This document shows positions 30,707-41,353 of a DNA stretch of 64,000 bases, one piece after another (within the stretch, counting starts at the first letter, position 1; every line of letters starts with the position of its first letter). Under the pieces are notes generated by a model that saw nothing but the letters and a program-made list of their open reading frames with translations, ran no database searches and was not told the origin of the DNA. A program made the translations under genes and the position numbers. Origin of the DNA: Alphaproteobacteria bacterium (GTDB lineage Bacteria; Pseudomonadota; Alphaproteobacteria; SP197); contig OZ219747.1 in assembly GCA_964291265.2 (NCBI GenBank), positions 2,080,001 to 2,144,000 on the forward strand. Reading direction: 5' to 3'.

Positions 30707-33700
30707 ATGAACGCTGTGTTGCCCGAACCCGGCCGGATCGCTCTCGTGCGCCAACGCCGGTACCTTGTCGAGCACGTGACGCAATCTCCCGGTGGCAGTG
30801 ACGCGACGCTGGTTGATCTCAACTGCCTCGATGACGATGCCCAGGGTGAACCGCTTTCGGTACTGTGGGAACACGAGGTCGAGGCCCGCGTCCTCGAAGA
30901 CGACGGCTGGTCCTCGGTCGCCCGGAACGGCTTCGACGAACCGGCCCTCTTTGCCGCCTGGCTGCGTGCGCTTTCCTGGAACTGTGTGACGGCAACGGAC
31001 CCCGATCTCTTCCAGGCGCCGTTCCGGGCAGGGGTGAGGATCGACGCCTACCAGTTGGCGCCGTTGAGGAAGGCGTTGCGGCTGCCACGGGTGAACCTCT
31101 TCATCGCGGACGATGTCGGACTCGGCAAGACCATCGAGGCCGGGCTGATCGCCCGTGAGTTGCTGCTGCGGCGCCGGATTGACCGGATCGTGGTGTGCTG
31201 CCCTCCATCGATGCTCGATCAATGGCATGACGAGATGGAAGCCCGGTTCGGCCTCTCCTTTGTCATTCTCGACCGCCTCTACGTTACACGCATGCGCCGG
31301 GAACGGGGTTTCTCGGTCAATCCCTGGACCACCCATTCGCGGTTCCTGATTTCCCACCGCCTCCTGGTTGACCCAACCTACGCCTCGGGATTGCAGGACT
31401 GGCTCGGCGAACTCGCACCGCAGTCCCTGCTCATCCTCGATGAAGCTCACAACGTTGCCCCGTCGAGCGGTGCGCGCTACGCCATCGACTCCCAGATCAC
31501 ACGAGCCATCCGGGATATCGCGCCGCGGTTCGAGCACCGACTGTTTCTCTCGGCAACACCTCACAACGGGCACTCGAACAGCTTCTCCGCCCTGCTGGAG
31601 ATTCTCGATCCCCAGAGGTTCTGTCGCGGTGTTCCCGTCCTCAAGAGCCATCTGGATGACGTGTTGATCAGGCGCCTCAAGTCGGACATCCGCGAACTTC
31701 AGGGCGGATTTCCGAAGCGCACGGTCCGACCCGTCACCATCGATCACCTGCCCGACGATGCACCCGAACTGCGGCTGGCGGAGATGCTCGAGGAGTATCG
31801 GTCCTTGCGAGAGAAGAGACTTTCGCAGGAGTCCCGGTCCCGCCAGGCCGCCGGCGCTCTTGTCATCGGCGGACTGCAGAAGCGCCTTCTCTCATCCATC
31901 GACGCCTTCGCGCGCACGCTCGCGGTGCACCGCAGAAGTGTGGTGCGGGCCCTCGAGAAGGAGGAACCCGCGTCGACCCTCTCGGACGGAACCCATGCCG
32001 AACTCGAACGCCTGACTGTGGGTGTTGATGGCGACGAAGACCTTGCCGATACGGTCCCCGAAGAGGAGGACGGAGACGATCCTGGCGATGCACGGGAAGC
32101 GGACCAGTCGGAACGCGACCTTGCCGAATTGATGGAGACTGCCACCGCGGCGACGAGCGATGGCCGCGACGAGAACTTGAGAGCGGCCCTGACGGCGGAA
32201 CTCCGGAGTGTCGACGCGATGGCAAGCATTGCCGAGACGGCCCGCTACGATCCCGATCCACGCGCCGAAGCCATCATCAGGTGGATCGACGAGAACATGT
32301 GTCCGGTCCTGTCGTTCGAGCGCTCGACACCCGCTCGATGGAACGAGCGACGCCTGCTTGTCTTCACGGAGTACGAAGATACGAGGCGCTGGCTGCAACG
32401 CTGCCTGGAAGAAGCGATCGAGCATTCCGATCAGGCTTCCGAGCGGATAGCGGCCTTCACCGGAAGAACGTCCCGCCAGAGACGCGAAGACATCAAGCAT
32501 GCCTTCAACACCGAACCCGACAGTTATCCGCTTCGCATCCTGATCGCCACCGACGCGGCACGGGAGGGACTCAACCTGCAGCGTCACTGTCACGACCTCT
32601 TCCACTTCGACCTCCCCTGGAATCCCAGCCGTCTGGATCAGCGCAACGGCCGCATCGATCGCAAGCTCCAGCCCGCAGACGAGGTGGTCTGCCGCTACTT
32701 TGTCTTCCGCCAGCGCCCGGAGGACCGGGTGCTTCAGGTCCTGGTCGAGAAGGTCGAGCGCATTCGCGAGGAACTCGGGAGTGTCGCAAGGGTGGTGGAG
32801 AACCGCATCGCTAGCTCGATTGGTCGAGAGGGCATGCGGCGTGACGCCCTCGATGCCCTCACCATCTCCATCAGATCGGCCAGGGCCGACAAGCACCGCA
32901 GGACTGTTGAAGAGGAACTCGAATCGTCCCGTCGACGTCAGGATGTCTTGCGCGAGGAGATCGACAGACTGCGAAACGGTCTGGATCGATCACGCAGGCA
33001 CATCGGCATCACCGCAGAGCAGTTCCGTAACACCCTTTCCATGGGCCTGCGGCTCGCACGTGCGCCTGGTATCAGGGAACTGGACGCAGAAACGTCGGAG
33101 GATGCGCCGCAGCAGTTCACGTTTCCCGCCGAAGACGATGCCCTTGTCAGGGATGCGGGGTGGGCTGCGGCCCTTGATTCCCTGCGGGCGCGAAGACAGA
33201 AAGGAGAGACCCTGGGCGAATGGCGCCACCGTGCCGCCATCAGGCCCGTCGTCTTCGAGGACGTCGGTGGTCTGGGTGACGATGCCGTTCACCTGCACCT
33301 CGAGCACCGTGTGGCGAAGCGTCTTCTCGGGCTCTTCACGTCACAGGGCCTGATCCATCACGATCTCTCCAAGGCGTGTCTCACCTCGACCTCCGATTCG
33401 ATCCCGCGCGTGCTGTTGCTTGGCCGCCTCGCTGTCTACGGGCCAAGGGCCGCGCGTCTGCATGAAGAGATCATCGCGGTCGCGGCACGCTGGATCGAGC
33501 CCGATCGGCGTCGCGGCGCTCTCGAGGTCTATGGCCGGACAGGCGAACGGACAACACTTGCCTCCTTGCAATCGGCGCTCGATGAGGTCGGACGATCGCG
33601 GGTACCGGAGAAGGTGAGCGAACGCTTGAAGGAAGCGGCGGCCCGCGACATCAAGGACCTTCTGCCGCACCTTGAACGCCGGGCACGTGAACACGAGGAC

Positions 33701-34006
33701 ACGGCCCGGGAACGCCTTGGCAAGCGTTCCGAGGTCGAGCAGAAGGCCATGGTCGAGTTGCTCGAGCGTCAACGTGAACGGATTGCCAGGGCTGCCAAGG
33801 CTGCACACGAGGATGAGCCCCAGTTCGATTTCAATGACGCCGAGCAACGCCAACGTCAGGCGGACCTGCGCGCCTGGCAGCGGCGTCTCGAGGAGATCGA
33901 AAGGGAACGCGTGTCGGAGCCGGGACGGATTGCAGAGTCATTCGGGGTCCAGGCATCCAGATTGGATCCGATCGGCCTCGTCTACCTGTGGCCCAGGTCG
34001 GGATGA
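30707..34006 (+). CDS. drmD: DISARM SNF2-like helicase
   Basis: RLPRVNLFIADDVGLGKT, ILDEAH, LSATPHNG, ATDAAREGLNLQ, QRNGRIDR; first gene of the five-gene operon. Confidence 0.92.
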   Translation: MNAVLPEPGRIALVRQRRYLVEHVTQSPGGSDATLVDLNCLDDDAQGEPLSVLWEHEVEARVLEDDGWSSVARNGFDEPALFAAWLRALSWNCVTATDPDLFQAPFRAGVRIDAYQLAPLRKALRLPRVNLFIADDVGLGKTIEAGLIARELLLRRRIDRIVVCCPPSMLDQWHDEMEARFGLSFVILDRLYVTRMRRERGFSVNPWTTHSRFLISHRLLVDPTYASGLQDWLGELAPQSLLILDEAHNVAPSSGARYAIDSQITRAIRDIAPRFEHRLFLSATPHNGHSNSFSALLEILDPQRFCRGVPVLKSHLDDVLIRRLKSDIRELQGGFPKRTVRPVTIDHLPDDAPELRLAEMLEEYRSLREKRLSQESRSRQAAGALVIGGLQKRLLSSIDAFARTLAVHRRSVVRALEKEEPASTLSDGTHAELERLTVGVDGDEDLADTVPEEEDGDDPGDAREADQSERDLAELMETATAATSDGRDENLRAALTAELRSVDAMASIAETARYDPDPRAEAIIRWIDENMCPVLSFERSTPARWNERRLLVFTEYEDTRRWLQRCLEEAIEHSDQASERIAAFTGRTSRQRREDIKHAFNTEPDSYPLRILIATDAAREGLNLQRHCHDLFHFDLPWNPSRLDQRNGRIDRKLQPADEVVCRYFVFRQRPEDRVLQVLVEKVERIREELGSVARVVENRIASSIGREGMRRDALDALTISIRSARADKHRRTVEEELESSRRRQDVLREEIDRLRNGLDRSRRHIGITAEQFRNTLSMGLRLARAPGIRELDAETSEDAPQQFTFPAEDDALVRDAGWAAALDSLRARRQKGETLGEWRHRAAIRPVVFEDVGGLGDDAVHLHLEHRVAKRLLGLFTSQGLIHHDLSKACLTSTSDSIPRVLLLGRLAVYGPRAARLHEEIIAVAARWIEPDRRRGALEVYGRTGERTTLASLQSALDEVGRSRVPEKVSERLKEAAARDIKDLLPHLERRAREHEDTARERLGKRSEVEQKAMVELLERQRERIARAAKAAHEDEPQFDFNDAEQRQRQADLRAWQRRLEEIERERVSEPGRIAESFGVQASRLDPIGLVYLWPRSG

Positions 34007-37000
34007 GCATGGACCGACAGCATCGGGCCCTTGTCTTCGCCCACCAGGAGTGGCTCGGGTTCGTTCAGCCCACGGGACTCGTCGTCGCTCCGTTCGTGAT
34101 GGTGGACGCTCTGGTGGTCCCCGATCGAAACATGATGGGGCGCCAGCGGGAGTTTCGCGACCTTCTTGAAGAGACCGGAGAAGGCGCCTCGGCCGGATTT
34201 CGGGCTCCCGATCTGCGTCGGCTCTTCCTGGAGTATCTCCGGTGGGAAGAGAGCGATCTCATTGACGCAACCCAGCACCGCGACACCCTCGAGATTGCCT
34301 TGCCGGATTTGCAGGCCGTGCTCTCCCCGACATGGGCCGTCCCCGGGGGTGCGGCCGACGATGCCAACCAGATCATGCTGATCGGCGTCGAGGACGCCGG
34401 CGCGGATCTCGACAGGCCTGCGGACGACAGCGACGGATGGAACGCGTCACGGCACGCCCGGTTCGAACGCCTGCTGCGAGAGACAGGGATTCCAATCGGG
34501 CTGCTCGCAACGGATGAACGGGTCCGCCTCGTCTACGCTCCGAAGGGTGAAACGTCGGGACATCTCGATTTCGACTTGTCAGCCATGGCGCAACCGGCGG
34601 GACGGCCGATCCTTGCGGCCTTCGACATGCTGCTGTGTGCCGACTCTCTCTTCAGTGGTCCCGAGATATCACGATTGCCGGCACTTCTTGCAGCAAGCCG
34701 GGATGCCCAGGCCGGAGTTTCCACCAAGCTCGCCCGCCAGGTGCTGGCGGCGCTCTACGAGCTGCTTCGCGGGTTTGTTGCGGCGGACGCGCGACGCGAC
34801 TCGCCAAGCCGGCCCTCCCCCGACGAACTCTACGGTGGTCTTGTCACAACGCTCATGCGTCTGGTCTTCATTCTCTATGCCGAAGACCGCGGGCTCATGC
34901 CCGATCATCGTGTCTACCAGCAGCACTACTCCCTGGGCGGCCTCTTCTCCCGGTTGCGCGCCGATGCCGCGGCCTGGCCCGATACGATGGATCAGCGGTT
35001 TGGCGCCTGGGCGCAGTTGCTGTCCCTCTTCCGGCTGATCCACGGCGGCGGCGGACACGGCGATCTTTCCTTCGTCGCGCGCCGCGGCGCCCTCTTCGAC
35101 CCCCACCGCTTCGGGTTTCTCGAGGGACGCCATGGAGACGATGAACCCTCGATTCCGTTGGTGCCGGACGGATGTGTCTGGAAGGTCCTTCGATCGCTGA
35201 TGATGCTGGACGGGGAGCGCCTCTCCTATCGCACTCTTGATGTCGAGCAGATCGGTTCGGTCTACGAGGCGATCATGGGTTTCCGTGTCGAGACCACCAC
35301 GGGTCGCTCGATCGCCGTCGCCTCCCCAAAGGCGACGGGCGCCGCCGTCGTCGTCGACCTCGATCATCTGATCGGACTCGATGGAGCAAAGCGAGCGACG
35401 GCTCTTCGGGACGCAACGGCCCGAAAACTGCCGGACAAGGCGACAAGGACCCTGCGTCAGGCATCGACGATTCCTGACCTGGTCGCAGCCCTTGATCGCA
35501 TCATCGATCGGGACGCGACCCCCGATGTCGTGCCCATCGGCACTCCCGTGTTGCAGCCCTCCGATGAGCGTCGGCGTTCAGGGAGTCACTACACGCCCCG
35601 TTCCCTCACCGAACCGATCGTGAAGGAGGCCCTGCGTCCGGTTCTCGCCCGCCTGGGTCCTGAGGCGCGGCCAGAGGAAATCCTCGACCTCAAGGTCCTC
35701 GATCCCGCAACGGGGTCCGCGGCCTTTCTTGTCGAGACCTGCCGCCAGTTGTCGGTGCGCCTGGTCGAAGCCTGGGGCCGTCATGGCGCTCCGCAGGATC
35801 TCGGCGCGGATGAGGATCAGTTGCTGCACGCGAGGCGTCTCGTCGCTCAACGCTGCCTCTATGGTGTTGACCGCAACGCCATGGCCATCGACCTCGGTCG
35901 ACTTGCCCTGTGGCTCGTCACGTTGTCAAGGGACCACGAGTTCATCTTTGTCGACCACGCACTGCGTCACGGCGACTCGCTGGTCGGCCTCAGTCGGCAA
36001 CAGATCGAAGGATTCAGCTGGGACGCCGATGCGAAGCATTTCCAGTTCGGGACGGATCCGTTGCAGATCGAGAAGCGTCTGGAGCGGGTCGCGGAGACAC
36101 GCAATCTCATCCGCGACATCGGAGATCAGGCGGGTGAAGAGGAATTGCGGGACCTTCTCGACGAGGTCGAAGAGGAACTCTCGGACATCAACCTGACGGC
36201 AGCCCTGGTCCTGGCGGCCTTCTTCGCAGCACACAAGCCAAGGGAACGCGAGGAACTCCGCCTGGCGTTCGGCGACATGCGTTTCGCCGACCACTGGCGC
36301 GAGCAGATATCGCAAGTGGTCAGTGAGCGCCTGGCACTGACGCCGCACTTGTCACTGACGCCGTTTCACTGGGAACTCGAGTTCCCCGAGGTCTTCGACC
36401 GCGACAATCCGGGTTTCGACGTCATCGTCGGCAACCCACCCTTTGCCGGCAAGAACACGCTGATCGCCGGCAATCCCGATGCCTACCTCGACTGGCTCAA
36501 GCACAAGCACCGAGGAAGCCACGGGAACGCGGATCTCGCCGCTCATTTCTTCCGCCACGCCTTCGGTCTTCTGCGCCAAGGCGGCGCCCTCGGGCTCATC
36601 GCCACCAACACCATCGGTCAGGGCGACACGCGTTCAACAGGTCTGCGCTGGATCTGCAAGAATGGCGGGGAGATCTACCGCGTCCAGAAGCGGCTCAAGT
36701 GGCCGGGCGAGGCCGCCGTCGTGGTCAGCGTGGTCCACATCATCAAGGAAGGGAACGTGAGTTCCCGATCCATCGACGAACGGGAGGTCGAGTCCGTTTC
36801 GGCGTTCCTTGCACCGGGGAGTTGGCATGACGATCCGGTACGGCTGGAAGCTAATGCCGACAAGAGCTTCGTCGGAAGTTATGTTCTCGGCATGGGCTTC
36901 ACGTTTGACGACACGGACACGAAGGGAATGGCGTCATCACTGTCGGACATGGAGCGGTTGATCGAAGACGATCCGAGCAACGCCGATGTCATCTTCCCCT

Positions 37001-37977
37001 ATATCGGCGGCGAGGAGGTCAATACCAGCCCGACCCACGCCTACCATCGCCATGTCATCAACTTCCGCAACTGGCCGCTGCGGCGCATGAATCTCGGGAG
37101 AACATGGCGGTGGGCAGACGCGGATGCCAAGCGGGATTGGCTCCGCTCGGGAACCGTGCCGCTGGACTATCCTGAGCCAGTGGCAGCGGATTGGCCCGAG
37201 TTGCTGGCGATTGTCCAGGAGAGGGTGAAGCCGGCCCGCGCACATCTCACGACGAACGCCATCGGGCGAAAACGAGCCGACTTCTGGTGGCGGTACGGTT
37301 CTTCTGCTGGCGAACTGTACGCCGCCATCAAAGACATGAACCGTGTGCTGGCGATCTCCAGAGTAGGACAGCATGCGGCCTTCACCTTCTTGCCTGGAAG
37401 GTTGGTCTATGCCGAGTCCATGATCGTCTTCCCCTTCGACACCGTCGCCGCCTTCTGCGCCCTGCAATCCCGGCTCCACGAAACCTGGGCCCGCTTCTTC
37501 GGTTCGTCCATGAAGGACGATCTCCGCTACACCCCCTCCGACTGCTTCGAGACCTTTCCCTTCCCCGAAGGCAGGGAAACTCACCCCGCCCTTGAGGAGG
37601 CAGGAGAAGCCTACTACGAGTTTCGGGCCGCGCTGATGGTCGAGAACAACGAAGGTCTCACCAGGACCTACAACCGTTTCCACGACCCGGACGAACGCGA
37701 CCCTCGGATCGAAGAACTGCGTCGGCTTCATGCAGTGATGGACCGTGCCGTGCTGGACGCCTACGGTTGGCGCAACATCCCGACGGAGTGCGAGTTTCTG
37801 CTGGATTACGAGATCGACGAAGAGACCTGGGGCAGGAAGAAGAAGCCCTGGCGGTATCGCTGGCCCGACGAGGTCCGGGACGAGGTCCTGGGTCGGCTGC
37901 TGGCGCTCAACGCCGAGCGGGCCGACGAAGAACAGGCGGATTCGGAATCAGCAACCGACCCCCGGAGGAAATCGTGA
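34003..37977 (+). CDS. drmMI: DISARM class I N6-adenine methyltransferase
   Basis: LDVEQIGSVYE, SGSHYTP, VLDPATGSAAFL, VGNPPF, YTPSDCFETFPFP. Confidence 0.9.
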   Translation: MSMDRQHRALVFAHQEWLGFVQPTGLVVAPFVMVDALVVPDRNMMGRQREFRDLLEETGEGASAGFRAPDLRRLFLEYLRWEESDLIDATQHRDTLEIALPDLQAVLSPTWAVPGGAADDANQIMLIGVEDAGADLDRPADDSDGWNASRHARFERLLRETGIPIGLLATDERVRLVYAPKGETSGHLDFDLSAMAQPAGRPILAAFDMLLCADSLFSGPEISRLPALLAASRDAQAGVSTKLARQVLAALYELLRGFVAADARRDSPSRPSPDELYGGLVTTLMRLVFILYAEDRGLMPDHRVYQQHYSLGGLFSRLRADAAAWPDTMDQRFGAWAQLLSLFRLIHGGGGHGDLSFVARRGALFDPHRFGFLEGRHGDDEPSIPLVPDGCVWKVLRSLMMLDGERLSYRTLDVEQIGSVYEAIMGFRVETTTGRSIAVASPKATGAAVVVDLDHLIGLDGAKRATALRDATARKLPDKATRTLRQASTIPDLVAALDRIIDRDATPDVVPIGTPVLQPSDERRRSGSHYTPRSLTEPIVKEALRPVLARLGPEARPEEILDLKVLDPATGSAAFLVETCRQLSVRLVEAWGRHGAPQDLGADEDQLLHARRLVAQRCLYGVDRNAMAIDLGRLALWLVTLSRDHEFIFVDHALRHGDSLVGLSRQQIEGFSWDADAKHFQFGTDPLQIEKRLERVAETRNLIRDIGDQAGEEELRDLLDEVEEELSDINLTAALVLAAFFAAHKPREREELRLAFGDMRFADHWREQISQVVSERLALTPHLSLTPFHWELEFPEVFDRDNPGFDVIVGNPPFAGKNTLIAGNPDAYLDWLKHKHRGSHGNADLAAHFFRHAFGLLRQGGALGLIATNTIGQGDTRSTGLRWICKNGGEIYRVQKRLKWPGEAAVVVSVVHIIKEGNVSSRSIDEREVESVSAFLAPGSWHDDPVRLEANADKSFVGSYVLGMGFTFDDTDTKGMASSLSDMERLIEDDPSNADVIFPYIGGEEVNTSPTHAYHRHVINFRNWPLRRMNLGRTWRWADADAKRDWLRSGTVPLDYPEPVAADWPELLAIVQERVKPARAHLTTNAIGRKRADFWWRYGSSAGELYAAIKDMNRVLAISRVGQHAAFTFLPGRLVYAESMIVFPFDTVAAFCALQSRLHETWARFFGSSMKDDLRYTPSDCFETFPFPEGRETHPALEEAGEAYYEFRAALMVENNEGLTRTYNRFHDPDERDPRIEELRRLHAVMDRAVLDAYGWRNIPTECEFLLDYEIDEETWGRKKKPWRYRWPDEVRDEVLGRLLALNAERADEEQADSESATDPRRKS

Positions 37978-40900
37978 TCCAGTCTCCCGCGCCTTCCGTG
38001 ACCGACAGCGCAGCGGTCCGCGATTACATCATCGATGCCCTGTGCCTCGATCTTGTCGGTCCCGGACCGGACGATGCCCGGTATCACCAGGAACGTCTCT
38101 CCCGTGCGCCGTCATTGTGGTACCTGACAGGGTTTCTTGTGCCGACCGACGCACCGGAGTCCCAGCGCGCCCAGGACGCCGAAGAGGAGCTCGACGAGCC
38201 AACCGATCCGGTGGAGGGAAGCGATGATGCGACCACGCCGGAACGCGGCACGACCAAGCGGGTCCATTTTCCCTCGTCAATGGGCCTGAGCGTCCTGGTC
38301 GAGGAAGATTGTCAAAGCCTCGACGTGACGGTGTCCTGGGGCGACTATCATCCGGACAAGACCGATGCGGTCGGCGCCGAGGGAGATGGCGATGACGCGG
38401 CAGGGCGGCGCTATCGCTACGCCGGGTGGACGCGTGTGCCGCGCGAGGAAAGCCTTCGTGTCGATCTCGCTTCCCTTCGGAACGGTGAGCAGGCCTCCCA
38501 TGACATTCCAGGGAGCGGCGGCCTCCAGGTGGTCTGCCTGGCGCGGACCACTCAGGTTCGAGACGCCAGTGGTCAACGGGCCGCTCGTGCGCTGTCGGTT
38601 TTTGTCGTCAACCGCCGACATCCGGCGGGCGACGATGATCTTCAGGACACGGCTTACGCCTTTCAGGTTGCCCTGTGTGTCGAAGCTGACCAACCCTTCA
38701 TCCCGCGGTTCGACCCGCGTGGTCTGGAGAGCCGGGACTGGGATGAACGCCTCGCCGATCTGCACTTCCACGACACGGCTGAGTTTGCTGTCGGTCACAA
38801 CGTCTCCGTCCGGGCCGAGGTGACGGGCGATGTGTGCCGTCAAGTCCACAGCGAATGGATGCCCCGTGCTGCCGTGGAGCGGGTCGAACCCCGCGACATC
38901 ACCGATGTCGAACTCTCCATGGAATCACTCGACTCCCTGCAGGATGTGAAGTCCGCAAGGAAGTCGCTCATGCCCCTGATCACGGCCTATCGGGACTGGA
39001 TCGATGAGCAGAACCAGGCTACCCAGGCCTTCACCGGGCGACGGCGCGAGGTCGCCGACGAGCTGGTCAGTCGCGCGAAGGGTGTGGCGCACCGATTGGA
39101 AGGCGGTGTCGACTGTCTGAATGATCCGGACGTGCTGGAGGCATTCCGCATGGCCAACAGGGCCATGGCCCGTGCGGCACGCAGACGGGAAGCCCAGAAG
39201 CCCGGCGTTTCCTCGCCGTCGGCAGCGCCCCCACCGCAGTGGCGCCCTTTCCAGCTCGCCTACATCCTGATGAACCTTCGAGGGATCGCTGAACCCACAC
39301 ACCTCGAAAGGGAATTCGTCGACCTTCTCTTCTTCCCCACAGGCGGCGGCAAGACCGAAGCCTATCTTGGCCTCGCCGCCTTCACCCTTGTCCTGCGCAG
39401 ACTGCGGGACCCGGACCCTGTGCATCGCGGGCTGTCGGTTCTCATGCGCTACACGCTTCGTCTGCTGACTCTCGATCAGCTTGGCCGTGCCGCTGCACTC
39501 ATCTGTGCCCTTGAACTGGAAAGGGAGAGCAACCCGGGGCGTCTTGGCTCCTGGCCCTTCGAGATCGCGCTCTGGGTGGGCCGCGCGGCAACCCCCAACC
39601 ACATGGGCAAGAAGGGTGATCCGTCCAAAAGGACGGCGATATGGAAGATACGGGACTATAAGAAAGACTCTGCACGCGAACCACCGCTGCCCCTTGAACA
39701 GTGTCCTTGGTGCGCCACCAGATTTGACAAGAGTTCCTACCACCTCCATCCCGACACCAATCGGCCGACCAACCTTCATGTCTATTGTGCCAGCAGGAGT
39801 TGCGACTTCTCGAGCAGACCCCTTCCCATTGTCGCCGTCGACGAACCGATCTATGAACGTCTGCCGGCGTTCATGATCGCTACGGCCGACAAGTTTGCCG
39901 CCATGCCGTGGACCGGCGAGACGGCACGCTTCTTCCGTGGCGGTGATGCCGACAATCCCCGCCCGCCCGATCTCATCATCCAGGATGAACTTCACCTGAT
40001 TTCGGGACCCCTCGGCACCATGGCGGGTCTCTACGAAACAGCGATCGATCATCTCTGCCAGCGTCGGATCGGTGACAAGGTCGTGCGCCCGAAGATCATC
40101 GCCTCCACGGCCACGGTGCGCCTCGCCGAAAAACAGATCCGCGCACTCTTCGGTCGTTCCACGGTATCGGTCTTCCCGGCGCCGGGCCTTGACCGCAGGG
40201 ATTCCTTCTTCGCGAAACAGGCATCCCGCGAGGAAGTCAACCCGCGGCTCTATCTTGGCATCGCCGCTCCAGGAAGGGGATCCAAGGTGATCTTCCTGCG
40301 ATGCGCCATCACGGTCATGGCGGCAGCCCAGGCCGCATGGGATGCGGCATCGACCAGCGGTCGCGCCAACCCGGCCGATCCCTACATGACGGTCGTGGCC
40401 TACTTCAACGCCCTCAGGGAACTCGGCAGTGCGCGGCGCATTGTCGAGGATGAGATCAATTCCCGACTGCGGACCTATGGCAAACTCCGCATGCGTCCTG
40501 ATGAAACACCCGGACTCTTTGCCAACCGCACAGCTGCCCTGGAACCCGTCGAGTTGACATCGCGGGTGACGACCAGCGAAGTCGCGGATGCCAAGAGGCG
40601 CCTGGCCCTGGACTTCAGCAACAATGAGCGGGTCGATGTGGCCCTCGCCACCAACATGATCTCGGTTGGTCTCGACATCACGCGTCTTGGACTGATGCTT
40701 GTCTCGGGCCAACCGAAGACGACGGCCGAGTACATCCAGGCGACAAGCCGGGTTGGGCGTGATGCAGATAGTCCGGGACTGGTGATCACCTTGCTGAATG
40801 TGCACAAGCCCCGCGACAGATCGCATTACGAGCATTTTTCTGCCTGGCACGAGAGCTTCTACCGCAGTGTTGAGGCAACCAGTGTCACGCCCTTTTCGCC

Positions 40901-41348
40901 CAGGGCCATGGACAGAGGCCTGCCCGCAGTCGCGGTTGCCCTGGCACGACTTGGCATTCCAGGCCTGAACTCGAATAGAGACGCGGGATTGGTCGAGCGG
41001 TATGCGACGGAAACCACCGCCCTGGCCGACGCAGTGGGCGAACGCGCCAGGGTTCATGCCGATGGCCTTCCAGGTGACTTCGGTCCGCACGTCCGGGATC
41101 GTGTGCAGAGCCTGTTCGACGATTGGGCGAAGCTTGCCGACACGGTTCAACAGGGCGGTGTGTCCCTGCACTACACAGCGGAACGCGGCAAGGGAGATGC
41201 GACACGCCTCTTGCGTGAGATGATCGATCCCGACCGCGGCGTGATCAGCGAAGACCGTTTCCGGTTCCGTTCACCACGCTCCCTGCGCGACGTGGAGCCA
41301 GGAGTGCTTCTCGGGGTCAAGTCACCGGACGGCAAAGACATCAAGTAG
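37974..41348 (+). CDS. drmA: DISARM SF2 helicase
   Basis: FFPTGGGKTEAY, MRYTLRLLT, IQDELHLISGPLG, ATNMISVGLDI, YIQATSRVGR. Confidence 0.93.
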   Translation: MIQSPAPSVTDSAAVRDYIIDALCLDLVGPGPDDARYHQERLSRAPSLWYLTGFLVPTDAPESQRAQDAEEELDEPTDPVEGSDDATTPERGTTKRVHFPSSMGLSVLVEEDCQSLDVTVSWGDYHPDKTDAVGAEGDGDDAAGRRYRYAGWTRVPREESLRVDLASLRNGEQASHDIPGSGGLQVVCLARTTQVRDASGQRAARALSVFVVNRRHPAGDDDLQDTAYAFQVALCVEADQPFIPRFDPRGLESRDWDERLADLHFHDTAEFAVGHNVSVRAEVTGDVCRQVHSEWMPRAAVERVEPRDITDVELSMESLDSLQDVKSARKSLMPLITAYRDWIDEQNQATQAFTGRRREVADELVSRAKGVAHRLEGGVDCLNDPDVLEAFRMANRAMARAARRREAQKPGVSSPSAAPPPQWRPFQLAYILMNLRGIAEPTHLEREFVDLLFFPTGGGKTEAYLGLAAFTLVLRRLRDPDPVHRGLSVLMRYTLRLLTLDQLGRAAALICALELERESNPGRLGSWPFEIALWVGRAATPNHMGKKGDPSKRTAIWKIRDYKKDSAREPPLPLEQCPWCATRFDKSSYHLHPDTNRPTNLHVYCASRSCDFSSRPLPIVAVDEPIYERLPAFMIATADKFAAMPWTGETARFFRGGDADNPRPPDLIIQDELHLISGPLGTMAGLYETAIDHLCQRRIGDKVVRPKIIASTATVRLAEKQIRALFGRSTVSVFPAPGLDRRDSFFAKQASREEVNPRLYLGIAAPGRGSKVIFLRCAITVMAAAQAAWDAASTSGRANPADPYMTVVAYFNALRELGSARRIVEDEINSRLRTYGKLRMRPDETPGLFANRTAALEPVELTSRVTTSEVADAKRRLALDFSNNERVDVALATNMISVGLDITRLGLMLVSGQPKTTAEYIQATSRVGRDADSPGLVITLLNVHKPRDRSHYEHFSAWHESFYRSVEATSVTPFSPRAMDRGLPAVAVALARLGIPGLNSNRDAGLVERYATETTALADAVGERARVHADGLPGDFGPHVRDRVQSLFDDWAKLADTVQQGGVSLHYTAERGKGDATRLLREMIDPDRGVISEDRFRFRSPRSLRDVEPGVLLGVKSPDGKDIK

Positions 41349-41353
41349 ACATC